Made by a program: the position numbers and the translations under genes. From the IMG/VR virus record IMGVR_UViG_2778261349_000001: a DNA stretch of 4,314 nt; one strand, given 5' to 3'. This document shows, piece after piece, positions 1-4,314 of this stretch; positions within the stretch are counted from its first letter, which is position 1; each line of letters begins with the position of its first letter. The notes under the pieces were generated by a model that did not search any database, was not told the origin of the DNA, and saw nothing but the letters and a program-made list of their open reading frames with translations. Origin of the DNA: a virus (lineage: Duplodnaviria > Heunggongvirae > Uroviricota > Caudoviricetes).

Positions 1-740
1 CCAATTCCATAATCTCCTGGCTGAATCGCTGATGCAGCTTTATCAACAGTCGTTTTCAATCCCAGATTCTGAACAAACAGTGCCGGATTGGGAATATCAG
101 AACCATTGCGGTCTTTTGCCAGTCTGGCGCTGGCATTATCCATCGCTATTTTCACTGCTTTTGGCGTTGCAGCGACTGTTTCATCATTGCTTTCCACACC
201 GCTATACAGACGTACAAATCCCTTTTCTGTCAAAGAAGCAGATGGATGACGGCGCGATTGCTCATGAACTTCTATTTGCTGATCTACATACTGGCGGGTC
301 GCAAGTACCACTGACGGGTCGATTTTCAGCGTGATGGCTTCGGTATTCGAGACGACCAGAATCATACGGATGGTCTGGGTACGACCACTGCCTTCCTGTA
401 ACTGTGGTTTGTACGTTTCCGGGCAGTTCGCCACCGCAATGAGTACGCCTTCATCATCATAAAGACCTATCTCACGGATCCAGAATCCGCCCTCGTTCTC
501 AGGGATGATTTGCTCCGCAATAATCTGGCTCTGGTTGTTCGGGTCAACACTCAGAAGATTCAGCGGCGCGATGCGTTTCTGGTTAATCAGTTTTGTCTGT
601 GCCGGGTCTGGTGTCGGCAAGACACCATTCGCATCACCAACGGCCATTTGCGTCAGATTCAGCTTACTGCCGAGCATCGTCGCGTTAGCCAGCCGTGCCG
701 CGCCCTGATTAGTCAGAATGGCGTAGTATTTCACTGTCAT
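1..740 (-). CDS. H: Tail fiber protein, N-terminal (baseplate-proximal) part, P2 gpH-like; partial, the 3' end of the gene lies beyond the left window edge
   Basis: Translated by hand from the ATG at 740..738 (minus strand): MTVKYYAILTNQGAARLANATMLGSKLNLTQMAVGDANGVLPTPDPAQTKLINQKRIAPLNLLSVDPNNQSQIIAEQIIPENEGGFWIREIGLYDDEGVLIAVANCPETYKPQLQEGSGRTQTIRMILVVSNTEAITLKIDPSVVLATRQYVDQQIEVHEQSRRHPSASLTEKGFVRLYSGVESNDETVAATPKAVKIAMDNASARLAKDRNGSDIPNPALFVQNLGLKTTVDKAASAIQPGDYGIG..., open to the window edge. It is absent from the ORF track only because no stop falls inside the window. The start overlaps the stop of the upstream I gene (ATGA, 737..740). Motifs recalled from the conserved N-terminal domain of P2 gpH (MAVGD, GGFW.RE.GLYDD.G.LIAVAN, EGSG..QT.RM, HEQSRRHP.ASLT.KGF, ETLAATPKAVK) are present. 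Confidence 0.82.
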   Translation of the reverse strand, partial: MTVKYYAILTNQGAARLANATMLGSKLNLTQMAVGDANGVLPTPDPAQTKLINQKRIAPLNLLSVDPNNQSQIIAEQIIPENEGGFWIREIGLYDDEGVLIAVANCPETYKPQLQEGSGRTQTIRMILVVSNTEAITLKIDPSVVLATRQYVDQQIEVHEQSRRHPSASLTEKGFVRLYSGVESNDETVAATPKAVKIAMDNASARLAKDRNGSDIPNPALFVQNLGLKTTVDKAASAIQPGDYGI

Positions 741-1348
741 GCGTTTACTCTCAGGTTATCAATTAAATGAATGGCCGAGGCCGGGAAATAATCCCCTCCG
801 ACAATAATGGCCTCCGGGGTGTAGGGATAAACCGTCAGGGCGTCACCGTGATAGCATCCCGCACCGGCAAAAATGTTGCCGGTTGTACTTAAGCTGATAG
901 CCAGTCCCGTCAGATGGCGGCTTGCCGGTTTTGCATCAGCAACGAGGCGCTCCAGCTCCTGATACATTTCCTCGGTAATACCCTGCTCAAGCACACCAAC
1001 AACGATGCGGAACGTCCCCGGCTCCTCGTTGAGTTGCCACCACTCCCTCACCTCAATCAGATAGCCGAGCGGCTCCACCACACGCCGGATTGCGCCTATA
1101 GTGCCCTTATGGCAGTGAATGAAATACGCATCGCGGATAACAGCGCGTTTTGTCGCTTCCGGCCACTTATCATCCCAGCGGTCAACCGAAAATGACCACG
1201 CCAGCCACGGCAGCAGATTTGCCGGACAGGTATCCGGGTTCCACAGCTCACGAATACTGACCGGCGTTTTTTCAATTTCCGCACAGGCTTTTGCGGCGGC
1301 GACTTCAAGCGGTGATGAGCCGGTCGGCAGCAGTCGCGAATCACTCAT
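737..1348 (-). CDS. I: Baseplate assembly protein, P2 gpI-like
   Basis: 203-aa ORF in the track (MSDSRLLPTGSSPLEVAAAKACAEIEKTPVSIRELWNPDTCPANLLPWLAW...). SD-like GGAGG lies about 7 nt upstream of the ATG (reverse complement of 1351..1362). The start overlaps the J stop by 8 nt and the stop overlaps the H start (ATGA). Position after J and before H matches P2 synteny. Confidence 0.85.
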   Translation of the reverse strand: MSDSRLLPTGSSPLEVAAAKACAEIEKTPVSIRELWNPDTCPANLLPWLAWSFSVDRWDDKWPEATKRAVIRDAYFIHCHKGTIGAIRRVVEPLGYLIEVREWWQLNEEPGTFRIVVGVLEQGITEEMYQELERLVADAKPASRHLTGLAISLSTTGNIFAGAGCYHGDALTVYPYTPEAIIVGGDYFPASAIHLIDNLRVNA

Positions 1349-2249
1349 CCGAGCCTCCGGTCACGACGCTGTATTCGGTACAGAAAGACGCCTGCGTATT
1401 GTTGAGCACGATGTCGGCCAGCGGTGCAGCCAGTTCGACACGCTGCACGCCTTCCACATGCAAAGCGGCATAAATGGCAGACAGTCGGATGTCGCGCCCA
1501 AGCCGGTGCTGTGCCGTGATGTACGCTTCCAGTTTTTTCACGGCAGCAGCGCGGATGGGTTCGCTTTCGGGACCAGGGTAAAGGTAAAGCGTGGCGTTTA
1601 TCTGATATTCAACAATGGCGGCAGACTGCACGGTCACGCGGTCTGCCACCGGCCTGACGTCCTCGCCATTAAGGGCGTTACGCACCACCGCCAGCAGGTC
1701 TTCGGATGCGACACCGTTATTCTCACGTGACAGCACAGAGATGGTGACGCAGGCCGGAGACGGACTGGTGACAGAGATATCCGCGACACGCCCGTCAGCA
1801 CTGCGACCATGATACTGATAGGCACCCACCGACCCGGCGACGCTTAAACCTTCAAACGCCTGCTGAATACGCAGACGATAATCGGTGTCAGATTCCATCA
1901 CTGCCGGTGTCGGCGGGATGGTCGAATCATCTGCCGGGGTGATAGTCAGGCGCGTAGTGTTGTAATTGGCACCAATCACATCAAGGTCATTACCGGCGGC
2001 ACAGGCCAGCATCACCGCCCGTGCGGCCTCATTCACACGCTGACGCCAGATAAGCTCACGATAAGCATTTTCCTCCAGCAGTTTGACGAGAGGCTCAGAT
2101 TCCAGCGTCAGGGTACGGGCGACCGCCTCCTGCTGGTCTTCCGGGTAAAGGGAAATCAGTGTCGCCTTGCGTTCGGCGAGAATGGTTTCAAAGTCCAGCT
2201 CCTCGACCACATCCGGTGCGGGTAGCTGGTTCAGGTCGATAATCGGCAT
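1341..2249 (-). CDS. J: Baseplate assembly protein, P2 gpJ-like (T4 gp6 / T6SS TssF-type wedge component)
   Basis: 302-aa ORF (MPIIDLNQLPAPDVVEELDFETILAERKATLISLYPEDQQEAVARTLTLESEPLVKLLEEN...). Length and sequence match my recollection of P2 gpJ (302 aa). The start lies 4 nt downstream of the W stop; the stop overlaps the I start. Confidence 0.9.
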   Translation of the reverse strand: MPIIDLNQLPAPDVVEELDFETILAERKATLISLYPEDQQEAVARTLTLESEPLVKLLEENAYRELIWRQRVNEAARAVMLACAAGNDLDVIGANYNTTRLTITPADDSTIPPTPAVMESDTDYRLRIQQAFEGLSVAGSVGAYQYHGRSADGRVADISVTSPSPACVTISVLSRENNGVASEDLLAVVRNALNGEDVRPVADRVTVQSAAIVEYQINATLYLYPGPESEPIRAAAVKKLEAYITAQHRLGRDIRLSAIYAALHVEGVQRVELAAPLADIVLNNTQASFCTEYSVVTGGSDE

Positions 2250-2253
2250 GGTT

Positions 2254-2601
2254 TCAACTCACAGGGATGGTTAACGAAAGTGGCTGGCCGGTGTCGTTGT
2301 GCTGACCGGTTAACGTGACCGTCATTCGCCCGTCAAAACTGCGCGCCGTGGTGACGGATGACAGGGTGACGCGGGGTTCCCATTTCAGCACTGCCATGTA
2401 ACAGGCGACCTTAATCTGCAACTCAAGCGCCGGGGTCTGCGGCTGGTCAATCATTGATGCCAGCAACGAGCCGTAATCACGACGCATCACCCGTGAGCCG
2501 ACCGGTGTGCGCAGGATATCGCCGATACTCTGGCTGATATGCTCAAGGTCAGTGACCGTCAGGCCATCACTGCGATTCATTCCGAGATAACGCGCTGTCA
2601 T
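2254..2601 (-). CDS. W: Baseplate wedge protein, P2 gpW-like (T4 gp25 / T6SS TssE family)
   Basis: 115-aa ORF (MTARYLGMNRSDGLTVTDLEHISQSIGDILRTPVGSRVMRRDYGSLLASMIDQPQ...). GGGAG Shine-Dalgarno about 8 nt upstream (reverse complement of 2602..2615 = ACCGGGAGTCCTCT). ATGA start/stop overlap with V at 2598..2601. Size and sequence as recalled for P2 gpW. Confidence 0.9.
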   Translation of the reverse strand: MTARYLGMNRSDGLTVTDLEHISQSIGDILRTPVGSRVMRRDYGSLLASMIDQPQTPALELQIKVACYMAVLKWEPRVTLSSVTTARSFDGRMTVTLTGQHNDTGQPLSLTIPVS

Positions 2602-3233
2602 AGAGGACTCCCGGTTGTGCCGCCGCTGTCGCCGGGGTGTTTATGGGTATGCAGTACCTTCCCGTTTGATGAAAGTTCACCGCCGGTGTGTTCAATGTTG
2701 CCGCGCATCGTCCCGCCCTTCTGCACTTCCAGCGTACCGGTAATCAGCCTGTTGGTGCAGACCACCTCCGGTGTGTCCAGGGTGACGCGGGTTGATGCTT
2801 TCACCATGACCACCGGCACCGTGGCAGTAACAGAATCAGAAGCCGTCACGCTGACCGTTTTAATTCCGCTTACCGTGAGTGCACTGGTTTCGGGTTCATA
2901 CTCAATCACCGCCCCGTCAGGGAAACGGATATGCAGGGCATCCGCCGACGCAGACGGCGCGGGGTTATCGCCGGAATAAATCCCCGGCAGAACGAACGCC
3001 GTGTCGAGTTCACCGCCCACGGCCAGAATCAGCACCTGCTCCCCCACGGAAGGTGCCCACCATGTGCGCGAACGCCCGGCACGACAGGTCAGCCACTGAA
3101 GCCAGTCGGTGCACATGCCGCCGGTCTGCACACGGCAGCGACCGGCGTTAAGGTCGGTTTCGACGATAATGCCGGTGCGGATCATGTTGCGCAGTGCGCG
3201 CGCGAGTTCCTGAATATTTGCGAGAGTGTTCAT
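2598..3233 (-). CDS. V: Baseplate central spike protein, P2 gpV-like
   Basis: 211-aa ORF (MNTLANIQELARALRNMIRTGIIVETDLNAGRCRVQTGG...KVLHTHKHPGDSGGTTGSPL). Length and sequence match recalled P2 gpV. A C-terminal HTHKH (HxH) motif is present. It is the first gene after the only intergenic gap in the window, as expected for the first gene of the P2 V-W-J-I-H late operon. Confidence 0.9.
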   Translation of the reverse strand: MNTLANIQELARALRNMIRTGIIVETDLNAGRCRVQTGGMCTDWLQWLTCRAGRSRTWWAPSVGEQVLILAVGGELDTAFVLPGIYSGDNPAPSASADALHIRFPDGAVIEYEPETSALTVSGIKTVSVTASDSVTATVPVVMVKASTRVTLDTPEVVCTNRLITGTLEVQKGGTMRGNIEHTGGELSSNGKVLHTHKHPGDSGGTTGSPL

Positions 3234-3299
3234 AACGGGAAGGATGCCGCCGGGTCATACCGGCGGCAATGTGACGATGAGGTGTCGGGAATGGCACAA
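3234..3299 (-). promoter_or_regulatory. S-V intergenic region; expected location of a P2-type late promoter (P_V) driving V-W-J-I-H
   Basis: This is the only non-coding gap in the window (66 bp). In P2 the V-W-J-H-G late operon has its own activator-dependent promoter upstream of V (established knowledge). I could not pick out a -10/-35 pair or a canonical TGT-N12-ACA dyad, so this is a positional inference only. Confidence 0.35.
3245..3268 (-). other. Perfect inverted repeat (9-bp GC-rich stem, 6-nt loop) in the S-V intergenic gap; candidate RNA hairpin (operon-boundary terminator or 5'-UTR structure of V)
   Basis: Plus strand 3245..3253 TGCCGCCGG, loop 3254..3259 GTCATA, 3260..3268 CCGGCGGCA, an exact reverse complement. 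On the minus-strand transcript the hairpin ends 11 nt before the V AUG and is followed by UCCUUCCCGUU, which is pyrimidine-rich but not a classic U-tract. Confidence 0.45.
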
Positions 3300-3752
3300 C
3301 TAACGGTCGAGGTGAGCGAGGATAATCTCTTCAATCATCTGCACATCCTCACCGGTAAAGCCGAGCAGAGGACGCGCCGGATAATCAATTTTCTTACCGT
3401 CTTTTCGGTTTTCTTCCGACAGACCGAACTGATGCACGCTGGCAATTTTCGGTGACTTTCCGCCGTAAAACTCCATTGATGCCTGTTCAGGGCTGGCGCG
3501 GATATGCAAAAAACGACTGGTGATAAGTTTCGCAAACATTTTTCGCTTAACGCGACCGGTCTTTTTTCTGGCGCTCTGCTGCTGGCGTGGCGCGTAGGGT
3601 GTGCCGTCCGGGGCTTTCTGTGCCATCACCCGACGCTGCTGACTCTGACGCAGACGTTTCGCCAGTTCAGCACTCAGTCGCCGACGCCCTGACGGTGACA
3701 GCGACTCAATCAGTCCGGTCAGCCGGTCTTCAAAACGCTTAAACTCATTCAT
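3300..3752 (-). CDS. S: Tail completion / virion morphogenesis protein, P2 gpS-like
   Basis: 150-aa ORF (MNEFKRFEDRLTGLIESLSPSGRRRLSAELAKRLRQSQQRRVMAQKAPDGTPYAPRQQ...). The start overlaps the R stop by 8 nt (ATGAATGA, 3745..3752). Size and position (after R, before V) match P2. Confidence 0.88.
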   Translation of the reverse strand: MNEFKRFEDRLTGLIESLSPSGRRRLSAELAKRLRQSQQRRVMAQKAPDGTPYAPRQQQSARKKTGRVKRKMFAKLITSRFLHIRASPEQASMEFYGGKSPKIASVHQFGLSEENRKDGKKIDYPARPLLGFTGEDVQMIEEIILAHLDR

Positions 3753-4212
3753 CCCACTTGCTCACCAGTTCGCCATTGATATAAAGCTCCACCGGGCGGG
3801 TGACCGGCTCCGGCGGCGTGGGTTCCGGGATATTCTTCACATGCAGCGCGCCGTCCACCTCACTGACCAGCGTTCGCTCGGTCAGCATCAGGCTGATGCT
3901 GATATCAAAGCTGCTGTCATTGTTGATGTCCGCATAAAACGTGAAGCCCTTTTTCTGGCCTTCGTCGGTGGTCATGATGTCGGGCTGATTTTCCCGCAGC
4001 CACGCCAGCACCGGCACGATGAGCAGGTCAAAATCACCGGTAAAGTCGGTCACAATGACATTGAGCGTGTAACGCTTTTCAAATGACAGCGACGTCGCCA
4101 GTGTGGAGGCAATACTCCCGTTATCCACGAATATCCGCAACATCTCGGGACTGGTTTTCAGCACCGTGACGGCATCAGTCAGCGCCCTGCGCAGGCTGTC
4201 GGGTTTGAGCAT
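3745..4212 (-). CDS. R: Tail completion protein, P2 gpR-like
   Basis: 155-aa ORF (MLKPDSLRRALTDAVTVLKTSPEMLRIFVDNGSIASTLATSLSFEKRYTLNVIVTDFTGDFDLLIVPVLAWLRENQPDIMTTDEGQKKGF...). AGGA about 8 nt upstream of the ATG. Size and order (immediately upstream of S) match P2 gpR. Confidence 0.88.
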   Translation of the reverse strand: MLKPDSLRRALTDAVTVLKTSPEMLRIFVDNGSIASTLATSLSFEKRYTLNVIVTDFTGDFDLLIVPVLAWLRENQPDIMTTDEGQKKGFTFYADINNDSSFDISISLMLTERTLVSEVDGALHVKNIPEPTPPEPVTRPVELYINGELVSKWDE

Positions 4213-4314
4213 CGTTTTCGTCCTGACAGTGTTTAATCATTTTTACCTGGCTGGCACAGCGTGCCAGCGCGTTCTCAAGCTGCCGGATATCGGCACTTAA
4301 ATCGCCGTTCGTCT
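4175..4314 (-). CDS. 3' end of an upstream lysis-cassette gene (spanin-like; candidate lysC-type frame overlapping the R start); partial, 5' end beyond the right window edge
   Basis: On the minus strand one frame is open from the window edge to a TGA at 4177..4175, 38 nt inside R (...TNGDLSADIRQLENALARCASQVKMIKHCQDENDAQTRQPAQGAD*). The frame shifted by -1 relative to it stops earlier at 4277..4275. This resembles the overlapped lysB/lysC (Rz/Rz1-type) arrangement that precedes R in P2, but only about 46 codons are visible and no lipobox or transmembrane segment can be seen, so the call is tentative. Confidence 0.3.
   Translation of the reverse strand, partial: TNGDLSADIRQLENALARCASQVKMIKHCQDENDAQTRQPAQGAD

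Noticed and set aside
32-770. Plus-strand ORFs 32..334, 505..708 and 510..770
   Set aside because: They are antisense to the tail fiber H N-terminal domain and the I/H junction, and the conserved fiber reading frame on the minus strand explains this sequence.
1119-1730. 203-aa plus-strand ORF (MKYASRITARFVASGHLSSQRSTEN...)
   Set aside because: It is entirely antisense to the well-supported I and J genes. The composition is Ser/Arg/Gly/Ala-rich, typical of shadow ORFs in GC-rich coding DNA, and it has no RBS or recognisable protein family.
1096-1825. Nested minus-strand ORFs 1096..1344 (82 aa) and 1634..1825 (63 aa), and similarly 3335..3535 (66 aa)
   Set aside because: These are alternative frames inside J/I and S, with Arg/Cys-rich unnatural composition. 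The overlapping long frames match known P2 proteins.
2254-3233. Interpreting V/W/J/I as a type VI secretion system fragment (VgrG/TssE/TssF/TssG homologues)
   Set aside because: The gene sizes (V 211 aa, W 115 aa, J 302 aa), the presence of tail completion genes R and S, a tail fiber and an adjacent lysis-gene end, and the exact P2 order all indicate a phage or tailocin baseplate, not a T6SS.
3283-3298. TGT-N10-ACA dyad as an Ogr-type late-activator binding site
   Set aside because: The spacing is 10 rather than the 12 I recall for P2/P4 late promoters, and it is centred only about 57 nt from the V ATG, which would leave almost no room for a promoter and leader. It is kept as a note in the S-V finding, not called as a site.
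2539-3455. Plus-strand ORFs 2539..2979 (146 aa), 2879..3151 (90 aa) and 2931..3455 (174 aa)
   Set aside because: All are antisense to V, W and S. They are Arg/Pro-rich and low-complexity, and their overlaps with conserved minus-strand genes make them implausible as genes.
4175-4240. Internal start 'MIKHCQDENDAQTRQPAQGAD' with an upstream AGGT as a separate 21-codon micro-ORF overlapping the R start
   Set aside because: It is too short to support. It is more parsimonious as the tail of the longer frame (candidate lysC-type gene) continuing from beyond the window.
4250-4268. 8-bp inverted repeat GCTGGCAC-AGC-GTGCCAGC
   Set aside because: It lies inside coding sequence (the lysis-gene 3' end) with no U-tract on either strand. 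It is more likely incidental or a minor mRNA structure than a terminator.
4103-4300. 65-aa plus-strand ORF at the right edge
   Set aside because: It is antisense to the R start and the upstream lysis gene, with no supporting signals.

Overview
The window is a contiguous stretch of the late structural (tail/baseplate) operon of a P2-family myovirus prophage, or a P2-like tailocin, all encoded on the minus strand. Reading 5'->3' on that strand from the right edge leftward: the 3' end of a lysis (spanin-like) gene, tail-completion genes R and S, a 66-bp gap, then baseplate spike V, wedge W, J, I, and the N-terminal ~246 codons of tail fiber H running off the left edge. Gene calls rest on recognising the translated proteins as close homologues of P2 gpR/S/V/W/J/I/H (from memory, not a search), on P2 gene order, and on the tight start/stop overlaps typical of translationally coupled phage morphogenesis genes. 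I do not see a novel defence or accessory system here: the window is almost fully occupied by conserved structural genes, and the only non-coding gap (S-V, 66 bp) is too small for cargo. Every plus-strand ORF in the track is antisense to these genes and judged spurious. The points worth a second look are modest: a perfect GC-rich hairpin in the S-V gap where P2 carries its late promoter P_V, the absence of a canonical activator dyad there, an overlapped dual-frame arrangement upstream of R, and a possibly longer gpI.
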